NCBI GenBank assembly: GCA_028864975.1
Contig: JAGWLG010000002.1
Coordinates: forward strand, 1-64,000
Direction of reading: 5' to 3'
DNA: 64,000 nucleotides
Source of the DNA: Thermoplasmata archaeon
GTDB lineage: Archaea; Thermoplasmatota; Thermoplasmata; Lutacidiplasmatales; UBA184
A model generated the notes under the pieces. That model had not been told where the DNA came from. It saw only the letters and a list, made by a program, of their open reading frames with translations, and did no database searches. Shown piece after piece: positions 27,269 through 37,078 of this stretch (position 1 is the stretch's first letter; each line of letters starts with the position of its first letter). The position numbers and the translations under genes are program-made.

Positions 27269-28350
27269 GCGACCGCCTCCAGCGCCGCAGGGCGCTCTCG
27301 CAGGGGGTCGTGCGCAAAGCGGAGCATGCCTTCCTCCCAGCCGATCCTCGCTTCGAAGCCCAAGAGGGCCTGGGCCTTCGCCACGGAGGCGAAGACATGT
27401 CGGGCATCCCCGTGACGGAACGTCCCGGGCAGCTCGGGCTCCCGTTCGGGGGCGAGCTCGTGGGTCAAGAGGCGGGCCAGGTCCAAGATGGTCCGGGGCC
27501 GCCCCGTCCCGATGTTGAACGCCTCGTAGGCGACCTTCTCCTCGGGGGCCTCGGCGGCGAGGAGATTGGCCTCGGCCACGTCCTGGACGTGGACGAAGTC
27601 GCGCAGCTGCAATCCGTCCTCGAGGACCTGGGGGGCTTCCCCTCGGGCCAGGGCGCTGCGGAAGATCGAGGCGACCGCGGCATAGGGGGTGTCGCGGGGC
27701 ATGTTCGGCCCGTAGACGTTGTGGTAGCGCAGAGCGACCAGAGGCAGGGAGCGCGCGCGGGCCATCTCGAGGGCGAGGCCCTCCTGCATCTCCTTCGAGC
27801 GCGCGTACATCGTGGCCGGCGCCGGGGGATGCTCCTCGACCACCGCCTCGGGTCGTAGCGGGGCCGAACAGCGAGAGCACCGAGGTTCCCATCTCCCCTC
27901 CGAGAGGTCGGAGGAGGACCGTCGCCCCGTTCGGGACTCTTGGCATCGAGGGCAGCGGTAGGCCCCCTCCCCGTAGATGGCCATGGAAGAGGCCAGGACC
28001 ACGCGACGAGGGGCGTGAGAGGCGGTCGAGGCGTCGCGAAGGAGGTCCAGGGTCGAGAGCACGTTCGCCTCCAGGAAGTCTCGGACATCCTCGACCCCTC
28101 GGCCCAGCCCGCAGAGCGCGGCCTCATGGAAGATCACATCGATACCACGAGAGAGCGCACGGGCGCGGACCGTTGGCGAGCGCAGGTCCCCCCTGAGCCA
28201 CTCCACGCCCTCAGGCAGCTGGGGCGGACCGGGCCCGTGCACGCGCCGGTCCAGGCTGTCGAGCACCAGGACCTCCCAACCGCCTTGCTTCAGGCGATCC
28301 GCCACGTGGTAGCCGATGAACCCGGCACCTCCCGTGACGAGCGCCCTCAT
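27265..28350 (-). CDS. NAD-dependent epimerase/dehydratase
   Basis: MRALVTGGAGFIG, ASSMAIYGEG, YARSK, LRYHNVYGP, RDFVHV. Confidence 0.92.
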   Translation of the reverse strand: MRALVTGGAGFIGYHVADRLKQGGWEVLVLDSLDRRVHGPGPPQLPEGVEWLRGDLRSPTVRARALSRGIDVIFHEAALCGLGRGVEDVRDFLEANVLSTLDLLRDASTASHAPRRVVLASSMAIYGEGAYRCPRCQESRTGRRSSSDLSEGRWEPRCSRCSAPLRPEAVVEEHPPAPATMYARSKEMQEGLALEMARARSLPLVALRYHNVYGPNMPRDTPYAAVASIFRSALARGEAPQVLEDGLQLRDFVHVQDVAEANLLAAEAPEEKVAYEAFNIGTGRPRTILDLARLLTHELAPEREPELPGTFRHGDARHVFASVAKAQALLGFEARIGWEEGMLRFAHDPLRERPAALEAVA

Positions 28351-28366
28351 CTCCTCGCCCCGAACC

Positions 28367-28654
28367 TCATCGATAGGCGACCAGGAACTGGACGCCCAGC
28401 CCCCCCGCTTCGAGCACCGAGAGACCGAAGAAGAGCCAGAGGACGGCACCGCTCAGAGCCGGGAGCATCACGTAACACCCGTAGGTCAGGAAGGCCCCCT
28501 GGAGGAGGAAGATCATGGCGAAGGCGGCCAGGCCCGCGGTGAAGGGGGCCCGCACCTTCCGGTACGTACGAAGGAAGATGACCAGGAGTCCCAGCGAGAG
28601 GGCCGTGACGACGAGGGCCGCGGCGAGCGTGGCCCATACGAGCGGGTCCGCCAC
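28367..28654 (-). CDS. Small three-TM membrane protein paired with a wHTH regulator
   Basis: 95 aa, three hydrophobic helices, RTYRKVRAPFTAGL; co-oriented with the adjacent wHTH gene. Confidence 0.7.
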   Translation of the reverse strand: MADPLVWATLAAALVVTALSLGLLVIFLRTYRKVRAPFTAGLAAFAMIFLLQGAFLTYGCYVMLPALSGAVLWLFFGLSVLEAGGLGVQFLVAYR

Positions 28655-28669
28655 AGGGGTCTAGCGAGC

Positions 28670-29002
28670 TCAGCCCACTTGGCGCTTTGCCAGAATTTCG
28701 TCGGAGACCTTACCGGAACGCTCCCGGACCACGTGCACGCGGATGCGTTCCAGGAGCTCGGGGTGACCCTCCAGCCAGGGGTTGAGGAAGTAGACGGACC
28801 CGTAGGCTTCCACCCGAGGGTTGACGAGCACATGGTTGCCGAGAAGGAGGTCGAGGTGGTGGCAGACCGTCCTGTAGTCCAGATGCAGCTCGACCGCCAA
28901 CTGGTGCGCGTTCGCCGGACGCGACTCCAGCGCGTCCAGGATCCGCAGACGGTTGTACCCGCCGCGGGTGCCGGCCAGGAGGTACCAGAGCAGCTTCTCC
29001 AT
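28670..29002 (-). CDS. ArsR-like winged-helix transcriptional regulator
   Basis: LLWYLLAGTRGGYNRLRIL...NAHQLAVELHLDYRTVCHHLDLL...YGSVYFL, an archaeal wHTH pattern. Confidence 0.85.
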   Translation of the reverse strand: MEKLLWYLLAGTRGGYNRLRILDALESRPANAHQLAVELHLDYRTVCHHLDLLLGNHVLVNPRVEAYGSVYFLNPWLEGHPELLERIRVHVVRERSGKVSDEILAKRQVG

Positions 29003-29199
29003 CCCCTTACCTGTAAGGGAGGGTAGCGCCAAGGTCCCCATTAAACCCTGGGTCGCGCGCCGGGCCATCGTCCGAGGGCGGGCCGAACGAGCCACCCGAC
29101 AAAGGGCTCGTGAAAGCCCGTCGAGGAGGGCGCGAGCATCCTCGGCAAGGCGGCATCAGGGCTTTGGAGCCAGGCCTTCTTCCCGAGGAGGGTAGCGAT

Positions 29200-29664
29200 T
29201 CACAGTTCCTTGGCCATCTGGACGTTGGTCTCGAGGTAACCGAGATCACGGTACAGCGCGCGGGCGGGGGCATTGTCGCCGAAGACGTGGAGGGCGATCC
29301 TCTTCGCCCCGAGGCGTCGGGCGATCGGCTCGGCGGCGAGCATCGCCGCGCGTCCGAAACCGTTCCGACGTTGGGGCTCGTCGACCTGCAGCTCGTAGAC
29401 GAACGCCTTACCATCCTTCGCATGGAGCCAGAGGACGCCGACCCGAGGGCGCCCGCGGCCGACATGGATGGTGAAGAGATGCTCGTTCGGGGTCTCGAGC
29501 CCCTTCGGCAGGATGTTGTCGATCTCCTTCCGGGAGGCCTCGAGGGACTCCTCCTTGGACCAACGTCCGGTCCGGACGTGGCTCTCTGCGTAGCTAGGAA
29601 CGAGCTGAGCGAGGTACGGACCGAACTCCTCGGGGGTCATGGGGATGAGCTCCACGTCGACCAT
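29200..29664 (-). CDS. GNAT family N-acetyltransferase
   Basis: VDEPQRRNGFGRA, LHVFGDNAPARALYRDLGY. Confidence 0.9.
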   Translation of the reverse strand: MVDVELIPMTPEEFGPYLAQLVPSYAESHVRTGRWSKEESLEASRKEIDNILPKGLETPNEHLFTIHVGRGRPRVGVLWLHAKDGKAFVYELQVDEPQRRNGFGRAAMLAAEPIARRLGAKRIALHVFGDNAPARALYRDLGYLETNVQMAKEL

Positions 29665-29926
29665 CCGGGACGGGAGCCGCCTCCTTCCCCATGAGGATTT
29701 GCGAGCCGAGCGGTGGACCGCACCGATATAGAGCGCGACCGCTCCGCGCGAGGCGATGCCAAGACGGCCCGGTTCCGGTGGCCTCGCGGCGGCACCGCGG
29801 GAAGAGGCCGGCCCTCCGAGCCCCCTCCTTCCCTCTCGGTCCGTCTCCCGGGCTCCGCGTGGCCCTGCTCCTCCGGTGGCCCCCGCGGGCCTGGAGGAGG
29901 GGAGCGCTCCGAGCTCGGCTCCCTCG

Positions 29927-30595
29927 ATGGAGGGAGAACGCTACGACTTCCACTCCCACACCCTGCTCACGGATGGCAGCGCGATGCCCATCGACATGTG
30001 GCACCACGCGGTGCTCCTGGGCCACCGAGCGCTCGCGATCACCGACCATCTTTACGGGGAGGACCCCCGCCCGATGATGACGCGTCTCCTCGCGGACCAG
30101 GAGGCCTTCGGTTCAGGTGGGCTCACCACCCTCGTAGGGGTCGAGGTCTCGATGCTCCGCCCGGATCGTATCGCCGCGGCGGCCAAGGCCGCGCGCAAGG
30201 CTGGGGCGCAGATCGTGATCGTTCACGGGGAGACCCCTGTCGAGCCGGTGCCGCCGGGAACGAACCGCGCTGCGATCGAATCGAACGAGGTCGACCTCCT
30301 CGCCCACCCGGGACTGCTGTCGGAGCCAGAGGCCGAGCTCGCGAGGGCCCACGATGTCATCCTCGAGCTCTCCTCCCGACGTGGGCACGGGCTAGGGAAC
30401 GGGATCGTCGCGGTGCGGGCGCTCGCGGCAGGCGCCCAGCTCGTCGTGGATTCTGACGCGCATTCCGCCCACGACCTCATCCGCCAGGAGTTCGCGCGGA
30501 AGGTCGCGCTGGGAGCGGGGGTCCCGGTGTCTCAGGTGGAGCGGGTGATCACCGAAACCCCGCAAAAGCTGCTGAAGCGGCTAGGGCGCGCCTAG
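29927..30595 (+). CDS. PHP-domain (histidinol-phosphatase-like) phosphoesterase
   Basis: YDFHSHTLLTDG, AITDH, IVIVHGET, LLAHPG, DSDAH. Confidence 0.88.
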   Translation: MEGERYDFHSHTLLTDGSAMPIDMWHHAVLLGHRALAITDHLYGEDPRPMMTRLLADQEAFGSGGLTTLVGVEVSMLRPDRIAAAAKAARKAGAQIVIVHGETPVEPVPPGTNRAAIESNEVDLLAHPGLLSEPEAELARAHDVILELSSRRGHGLGNGIVAVRALAAGAQLVVDSDAHSAHDLIRQEFARKVALGAGVPVSQVERVITETPQKLLKRLGRA

Positions 30596-31872
30596 CGCAG
30601 TCCAGGGATCGGGAAGCGCCGCGCCCAAGCGCCCACCCGCGATCCGAGTGGCCCGGTCGCAGGGTCTGGCGCCTGGAGACGCGTCGCCGCGATCCACAGA
30701 GGGATCGACAGCGCGAGGCTCCCGACGGCAAGGTAGTAGCGGTGGAAGAGCGCGAGCGTGAGGGGGGCGGTCCCCACCAGGAGGAACGTGAAGCCCACGT
30801 TCGCGAGCCTCCCCAAGTTCAGGCTCATCTCCCGCACGGTGGCCGCCGAAGCGAGCGATCCTTTGGGGAAGAGGTTCGTGTACGCTCGGAGGAGCGCCAC
30901 CTGTAGCCCCCCTGCACACCCTGCGAGCCCGAGGACCGCGGCCTGCCAGAGCTCGTTGATGGTGCCCAACGCGAGGAGCGTAACGGCCGCGACCACGTAG
31001 CCGAGCATCGCGGGGACCCACGCCGTCCTCTGCCGGTCCGCCCACCGAGCGGTGAGCGGGCTGACGAAGGCCCCGAAGAGGGAGATCGCTGAGACGACGA
31101 GACCAAGATAGAGGAGTGAGCGGCCGGCGAGGGCGTAGAGGTAGAGGGGATAGATGATCCAGCTGGTGTCGGTGAACCCGAGCAGAGCGTAGGCGATCGC
31201 GAAGCGCGATACCCCACGGACCCGCAAGGCGTGCGGGGCAGCGGCGCCCCCGTGACCTTCCTCCAGCCGCGGGAGTTGAAGGGACAGGAGGCAGGCGGCG
31301 AGGAACAACCCGCCCGCCAGCAGGAAGATCGTGTGGAATCCAAGGCCCGGCGTGGAGGCAATGAGCCCCCCGATCGCAGGTCCTGCCACCCCGGCCAACG
31401 CTGGGATCGCGACGGCGATGACCGTGATCTCCTGGATCTTCTTCGCTCCCGACGTCACGCTGTAGAGGTAGGTGTTGAACGGCGGCCAGAAGAGCGCAAG
31501 GCCGAGCCCCCACGAGAGGCCGAGCAGGACCGGGAGATGGAGGACCGGAAGGGAGAGCTGGAAGGCGCCTAGGGCCAGGATCCCGGAGGGGAGGAGGCGT
31601 GGGAACCTTGACGCGAGCCTCCACTGGAGGAGCAAGGGAGCGACCCCCAGGGTGAGGAAGACCAGCGTCAGGACCCCCAGGACGAAGAGGAGGGAATCCC
31701 CTCCCACACCGTAGAGGTAGATCGGGACGAACGTCGAGCTCAATCCCGAGGCCAGGAAGAAGACCGAGGCCACCGCGAAGAGCCTGCGACCATCGCCGCC
31801 CGGGAGCCATTCGGCGAGTCGAGGTCCGAAGGTGCCCGACGCGGGAGGGTCCGTCCCGGAGGATAGCTGCAA
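30592..31872 (-). CDS. MFS transporter
   Basis: About 12 hydrophobic helices in two halves; ARWADRQR loop. Confidence 0.8.
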   Translation of the reverse strand: MQLSSGTDPPASGTFGPRLAEWLPGGDGRRLFAVASVFFLASGLSSTFVPIYLYGVGGDSLLFVLGVLTLVFLTLGVAPLLLQWRLASRFPRLLPSGILALGAFQLSLPVLHLPVLLGLSWGLGLALFWPPFNTYLYSVTSGAKKIQEITVIAVAIPALAGVAGPAIGGLIASTPGLGFHTIFLLAGGLFLAACLLSLQLPRLEEGHGGAAAPHALRVRGVSRFAIAYALLGFTDTSWIIYPLYLYALAGRSLLYLGLVVSAISLFGAFVSPLTARWADRQRTAWVPAMLGYVVAAVTLLALGTINELWQAAVLGLAGCAGGLQVALLRAYTNLFPKGSLASAATVREMSLNLGRLANVGFTFLLVGTAPLTLALFHRYYLAVGSLALSIPLWIAATRLQAPDPATGPLGSRVGAWARRFPIPGLR

Positions 31873-32025
31873 TCCTTTTGGTTAGTACGTTACGCATATG
31901 TAGGGATTCTGGGGTCCCGGGAGGACCCCGCCCGCCGGAACGCGCCTCTCCGGCTCAGCTCGCCGATTCTCGTGAGACATTCCGGTCGAGTTGCCGGAAG
32001 TTCGTCGGCACGGGAGCGCCCAAGA

Positions 32026-34590
32026 TCACGCGGAGCGCCCCCCGCTTCTCGGCGGGCGTTCTGCCTCGGGAGGAGACGGACCTCCTGCCACGGCACGCTC
32101 CGAAGCGATGCGACGGGAGGGCGCGACGAAGCGGGCGGCATAGAACCAGGCCCGCGGGGATGGGAGATGGAGATGCGAGCGGTGAGGAGCGGACGGGCCC
32201 CTGCGCTCCAGTCTTCCGTACACCCGGCTCTTCAGCTGGTCGAAGACCACGAGGTCCAGGCAGGAGAAAGCCCAGGCGACCCCCACCCAGACGAGAGGGA
32301 GCGGGGTGATCAGGAACCCCGACACGGCGATGAGCGTCGCGACGGCCTGGGTCCCCACGACGGCGACGAGCAGGAGGTTCGCGGGGCGTGAGGACCAGAA
32401 CGGGCCCTTGGTCCGCGTCGCGAAGATCCCCAGGTGGCCCGCGACGGAGAGCTTGAGGTAAAGGAGCGTCTGGATCGCGGCGAACGGTAGCACCCAGACC
32501 TTCAGCGCCAGGAAGAAGAGCAGGAAGGAGAAAGCGACCCCCACCATCCCGAGCAGGAAGGCCTGGACGAGGACCGTGCGCATCTCCCATCGGACCGGTC
32601 GGGGGGCGACGGTGGCGTTGTCGTACGCGATGGAGAGGATCGCTCCGTCGTTCAGCACGGCCAGGAGCACGATCATGATCGCCGTGACGGGGTAGAGCGC
32701 GAAGGCGAGGATCGAGAGCGAGAGGAGGAGGAGGATACGGATGGTCTCGCCCACGCGGTAGATCGCGTAGGAGGTCATCCGCTGGAAGATCCTGCGGCTC
32801 TCTTCGACGGCGCGGACCAGCACCCGAAGCCCCGGGGTCAGGAGCACCAGGCTCGCCGCGCCGCGCGCGACGTCCGTGGCGCCGGAGACCGCGACCCCGG
32901 CATCCGCCTTCTTCAGCGCAGGAGCGTCGTTGACGCCGTCCCCGGTCATGCCGACGATGCGGCCCTCCGCCTGGAGGCGCTCGACGATCGCGTACTTGTC
33001 CTCGGGAAAGACCTGAGCGAACCCGTCCGCCCGGTCGATGGCCTCCGAGCGGACCGAAGCTCCCTGTCCTGGGGAAACATGCAGGACCTCCGCGGGAAGG
33101 ATGTTCGTCCCCAGCCCCAGCTGCCGCGAGGTCTCCTTCCCGATCGCGAGCTGGTCCCCGGTCAGCACCTTGACCTGGACCCCGAGGGCCTGGGCCCCGC
33201 GGACGACCTCTCTGGCGTCGGGCCGCAGGGGGTCGTAGAGCGGGAGGACCCCGAGGAAGTGCCATGGCCCGGTGCCCTCCCTGCGGGCGACGCCCAGCGT
33301 ACGGAACCCACGGGCCGCGAAGTCCGAGACGACGGACTCCGACGCATGGAGCTCCTCGCCTCTCAGGTGGGTGAGCTCGAAGAGCACCTGGCAGGCCCCC
33401 TTCGACACCGAGAGCTCGGTCCCCTGCGACGTCTGGATATGGACCTCCGTCCGTTTCACCTTCGGGTCGAAGGGGGTGAACGCGAGGACCGAGAAGGGAG
33501 CGCGTTCCGGCGCAGGGACCTTCGAGAGGATCGCAAGGTCGATCGGGTCCTGGTTCTCCTCCCGCGAGGCCAGGGCGGCCATGAGGAGCACCTCCCGTGG
33601 GTCGTGGCCGCTCAAGGCGTAGGGGTCGCCCACCGTGAGCTTGTTCTGGGTCAGGGTCCCGGTCTTGTCCGAGCAGAGGACGTCCATGCCCGCGAGCTCC
33701 TCCATGGCGGAGAGCCGGGTGACCACCGCCTGCTCGCCCGCGAGCTTCCTCGCCCCCACGGCCATCGTGACCGAGAGCACGGTCGGCATGGCGACCGGTA
33801 TCGCGGCCACCGTGAGGATGAGGGCGAACTGCAGGCTGTCAAGGAGCCGCTCCCCCCGCAACAAGGCGGCGATCTCGATGACCGCGGCCAGCGCCGCGGC
33901 CGTCACGATGAGCGCGTTCCCGATCCGAAGCACGGCGTGCTGGAAGTGGCTCACGGTGTGCGCGACCTGGACCAGCTCGCTCGTTCTTCCGAAGAACGTG
34001 TGAGGCCCGGTCCCCGAGACCACGCCGGCCGCCTCGCCTCGAGCGACCAGGGAACTGGAGTAGGCCGTGTCGCCGCCGTTCTTGGTGACAGGAAGGGATT
34101 CCCCCGTGAGCGTGGACTGGTCGAGCTCGAGCTCCGAACCCGCCGCGAGGACCGTGTCGGCGGGGACCACGTCGCCCATGCGCAAGCGGACCCGGTCGCC
34201 GGGGACGAGCTGACGCGCGGGGAGCAGGGCCCAGGCCCCGTCGCGAAGCACGCGCGCGTTCACCGCGAGCTTTGCACGAAGGGCGGCCACCGCGTTGCCG
34301 GCCTGGTGCTCCTCCCAGAACCCGACGACCCCGTTCACCACGAGAAGGACCAGGATGATGCTCAGGTCGTCCCAGTTCTCCACGAGGAGCGCGAGCGCCG
34401 CCGCGACCTCGATCATCCAGGGGATCGGGCCCCAGAAGTACCCGAGGAAGACGAGCAAGGGGTTGCGATGCTTCTCCGGGATCTCGTTGGGACCGTACCG
34501 ACCCAGGAGCTCCTTGGCCTGGGCCGAGCTGAGCCCAGGCCCCTCCGCGGAGGGGGGCGACGTCGGGGCCGGCCCGGTCCCTTTCACCAC
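32026..34590 (-). CDS. P-type ATPase, type IIIA (plasma-membrane H+-efflux type)
   Basis: DQSTLTGES, AAIPVAMPTV, LCSDKTGTLTQN, TGDQL, MTGDGVNDAPALKKAD, LNDGAILSIAYD. Confidence 0.92.
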   Translation of the reverse strand: MVKGTGPAPTSPPSAEGPGLSSAQAKELLGRYGPNEIPEKHRNPLLVFLGYFWGPIPWMIEVAAALALLVENWDDLSIILVLLVVNGVVGFWEEHQAGNAVAALRAKLAVNARVLRDGAWALLPARQLVPGDRVRLRMGDVVPADTVLAAGSELELDQSTLTGESLPVTKNGGDTAYSSSLVARGEAAGVVSGTGPHTFFGRTSELVQVAHTVSHFQHAVLRIGNALIVTAAALAAVIEIAALLRGERLLDSLQFALILTVAAIPVAMPTVLSVTMAVGARKLAGEQAVVTRLSAMEELAGMDVLCSDKTGTLTQNKLTVGDPYALSGHDPREVLLMAALASREENQDPIDLAILSKVPAPERAPFSVLAFTPFDPKVKRTEVHIQTSQGTELSVSKGACQVLFELTHLRGEELHASESVVSDFAARGFRTLGVARREGTGPWHFLGVLPLYDPLRPDAREVVRGAQALGVQVKVLTGDQLAIGKETSRQLGLGTNILPAEVLHVSPGQGASVRSEAIDRADGFAQVFPEDKYAIVERLQAEGRIVGMTGDGVNDAPALKKADAGVAVSGATDVARGAASLVLLTPGLRVLVRAVEESRRIFQRMTSYAIYRVGETIRILLLLSLSILAFALYPVTAIMIVLLAVLNDGAILSIAYDNATVAPRPVRWEMRTVLVQAFLLGMVGVAFSFLLFFLALKVWVLPFAAIQTLLYLKLSVAGHLGIFATRTKGPFWSSRPANLLLVAVVGTQAVATLIAVSGFLITPLPLVWVGVAWAFSCLDLVVFDQLKSRVYGRLERRGPSAPHRSHLHLPSPRAWFYAARFVAPSRRIASERAVAGGPSPPEAERPPRSGGRSA

Positions 34591-34652
34591 GCCTCGGCGG
34601 AGGAGCGGGCCGAGCGATGAAGCTCACGTGGGGCGCGCCTCGGGTCGGCCCT

Positions 34653-35900
34653 TCAGAAGTGGACGAAGGGCCGCGCCTTCTGCTGCTCGTGTGGGCGCCC
34701 CTCGCCTCCCGGGGGTAGCGAGGTCCGACGCGTGGCTAGGTAGGTGAGCAGGACGAAGACACCCAGGGCGAGCCCGAAGGCCGTCCCTGAGGCCGCAGCC
34801 CCGACGTGGTCCGCAAGGAAGGCCGTCCCGAGGGTAGGGACCGCCAGCGAGAGGTAGCCGGTGAGGAAGAACCCCGAGAGGACCTCGCCTCCCACCGCGT
34901 CGGGGGCGACGCGGTCGACCAGGGTGACGGCCCCCATGTAGACGTAGCCGACGGCGACCCCCATCAGGACCCCCGATCCGAGCAGGACTGGAAGGGAGGC
35001 CAGCGGAAGGGAGAGCACGAAGAGGAGAAGGGAGAGCGCGAGCATCGGAAGTCCGAGGAGGAGGGCGTCCCGGTCCCGCACCTGACCGAGGAAGATCTGC
35101 ACGATCGCGGCACCCGCGAACATGACGGAGACGAACGCCGAAGCCTCGAACGGGGCGATCCCCGTCGCCTCCCGGACCGCCGCGGGGGCGAGCGAGGCGA
35201 AGAACCCGTAGATCGCGTAGCACGCGGCGACCCCTCCCGCCGAGATCCAGAACGGCGCCCGGATCGACCGAGGGACGGAGATGTGGCGGATGCGCAGCCG
35301 GGTCGCTCCAGGACCAGGGTGGTAGTGGGGCGGGGTGACCCGGATCGCGAGCAGGCCCAAGAGGGCCGAGGCGACCAGGAAGACATAGACGAGCTGCCGC
35401 GGGTCGGGCAGGTACGCGACCGAGAGGCTGCTGACGAGGATGCCGGTGGCGACCGCGCCGAAGTTCGCACCAACGGCGACGCGGGCGACGTGGTGCTTGT
35501 CGAGGTGGGGCTCGCGATGGGTCATCGAGACGGTGGCCGTCCCGGTCGTCGCCCCCACGGCGAGGCCGGAGACGAAGCGCGCGGCGGCGAGCGCAAGGAC
35601 TCCGTTCGCGAGGAGAAAGAGGACCCCGGAGAGGACCGTGAGGAGCATGCCCACGTAGAGGATCGGCCGGGTCCCCACGAGGTCCGCCTGAGGGGCCAAC
35701 AGGAACATCGTCAGGAGGACGCCCACGGTGTACGAGGCGAAGATCGCCGCCAGGACGGTCGACGAGAACGCATACTCCCGCTGGTAAATCGAATAGAGCG
35801 GCGTGGGCACTCCGGCCCCGAAGGCCGTGACGGCGAGCACGTAGGCGATGCGGCGGAAGGGACCCCGGGTCCGCTCCGCGACCCCGTCCGTCGGCGACAT
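34653..35900 (-). CDS. MFS transporter
   Basis: GAGVPTPLYSIY, ADLVGTRP, ARFVSGLAVG; about 12 TM segments. Confidence 0.9.
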   Translation of the reverse strand: MSPTDGVAERTRGPFRRIAYVLAVTAFGAGVPTPLYSIYQREYAFSSTVLAAIFASYTVGVLLTMFLLAPQADLVGTRPILYVGMLLTVLSGVLFLLANGVLALAAARFVSGLAVGATTGTATVSMTHREPHLDKHHVARVAVGANFGAVATGILVSSLSVAYLPDPRQLVYVFLVASALLGLLAIRVTPPHYHPGPGATRLRIRHISVPRSIRAPFWISAGGVAACYAIYGFFASLAPAAVREATGIAPFEASAFVSVMFAGAAIVQIFLGQVRDRDALLLGLPMLALSLLLFVLSLPLASLPVLLGSGVLMGVAVGYVYMGAVTLVDRVAPDAVGGEVLSGFFLTGYLSLAVPTLGTAFLADHVGAAASGTAFGLALGVFVLLTYLATRRTSLPPGGEGRPHEQQKARPFVHF

Positions 35901-36006
35901 GCGGCAACCTTCCGTGGGGCCCTAACCGCGGCCTGGGGGCCTCCGACCGCGGCGGCATGTTCGAAGCCGTTCTTGATGCTTGGCGAGCGGGTCGGCGAAG
36001 GGCCCT

Positions 36007-37017
36007 TCAAAGGTCCGGCAGACGAACGCCGAGCACGTGGAGACCCAGCGCGAGGACCAAGCCCACGGCGTACCACCCTGCAAAGCTGCGGTTGAGGAGG
36101 AACCCGAAGCCCACGAACCAGAGAGGCCAGGCTCCGGCCGGGTATCCCGGCGGAGGGTTTTCGGGATGGGGCCCCCGTAGCACTCGCCACGCGGGTACGG
36201 CCACCGGCAGGGAAAGAAGGGCCAAGAGAGAAGGGACCGGCAGCCGACCCCCCAGCACGAGGGCAACGACCGAGGCCGGCATCGCGACCAACAGGACCCG
36301 CATCGCGAAGCGGGCACGGGGTTCGCCCAGGATCACGGGGAGCGTGCGGATCCCCCTGCGGGCGTCGTCCTGGAGCTTGTCGATGTGCTTGCCCAAGATG
36401 ACCAACGTGGCCCCCAGACCACTGGGGATCGCCCCGAGGAGGGCGAAGAGCGAGAGCGCCCCCGTCAACACGAACGCGCTTCCGGCGACCATGAGCGGCC
36501 CCCAGATGAGGAAGACCGCGACCTCTCCGAGACCGAGGTACTTGAGCCCAGGCCGGCTCGCGTAGCCCAGCGCCAGGACGAGGCCGACCAGGGCGAGAAG
36601 TCCGACCCAGGGTCCTCGCACCCAGACCAGAAGAGCTCCGCACGCCAGCGCGGCCGCGGCGGTCGTTGCCGCCCAGGTGCGGAGCTCCTTCTCCGTCAGG
36701 AACCCTGAGAGGATGGGATGCGGGCCGTACTGGACCCGGAAGTAATTCCCTTCGTCAACGCCACTGTGGAAGTCCTCCAGGTCATTGATGAGGTTGCTCG
36801 CGGCGTGCGCGAGGACAAGACCCAGGGCGAGCGGCGGGAGGAGCCACCAGTCGACCGGGCCCTGAAGCGCCGCGAACAACGTCCCCAAGGCCACGCTCAG
36901 GACCGTGAGCAGCAGCACGGCGCCCCGCGACACGAGCAGCCATCGCGACAGCAGGCCGCAGCTCGCCCACTCCTCTCGGCCCACCTTGGGGATCGTGGTC
37001 AAAGCCCTTCGCCACAT
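36007..37017 (-). CDS. UbiA-family prenyltransferase, MenA-like
   Basis: NLINDLEDFHSGVD, KYLGLGE, HIDKLQDD motifs; multi-TM. Confidence 0.85.
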   Translation of the reverse strand: MWRRALTTIPKVGREEWASCGLLSRWLLVSRGAVLLLTVLSVALGTLFAALQGPVDWWLLPPLALGLVLAHAASNLINDLEDFHSGVDEGNYFRVQYGPHPILSGFLTEKELRTWAATTAAAALACGALLVWVRGPWVGLLALVGLVLALGYASRPGLKYLGLGEVAVFLIWGPLMVAGSAFVLTGALSLFALLGAIPSGLGATLVILGKHIDKLQDDARRGIRTLPVILGEPRARFAMRVLLVAMPASVVALVLGGRLPVPSLLALLSLPVAVPAWRVLRGPHPENPPPGYPAGAWPLWFVGFGFLLNRSFAGWYAVGLVLALGLHVLGVRLPDL

Positions 37018-37078
37018 GGGAACCCCGTCGAGGTCGCGCCAGCGTAGGAAGTTCCGACCTCACGGGGGAGGGAGGAGC

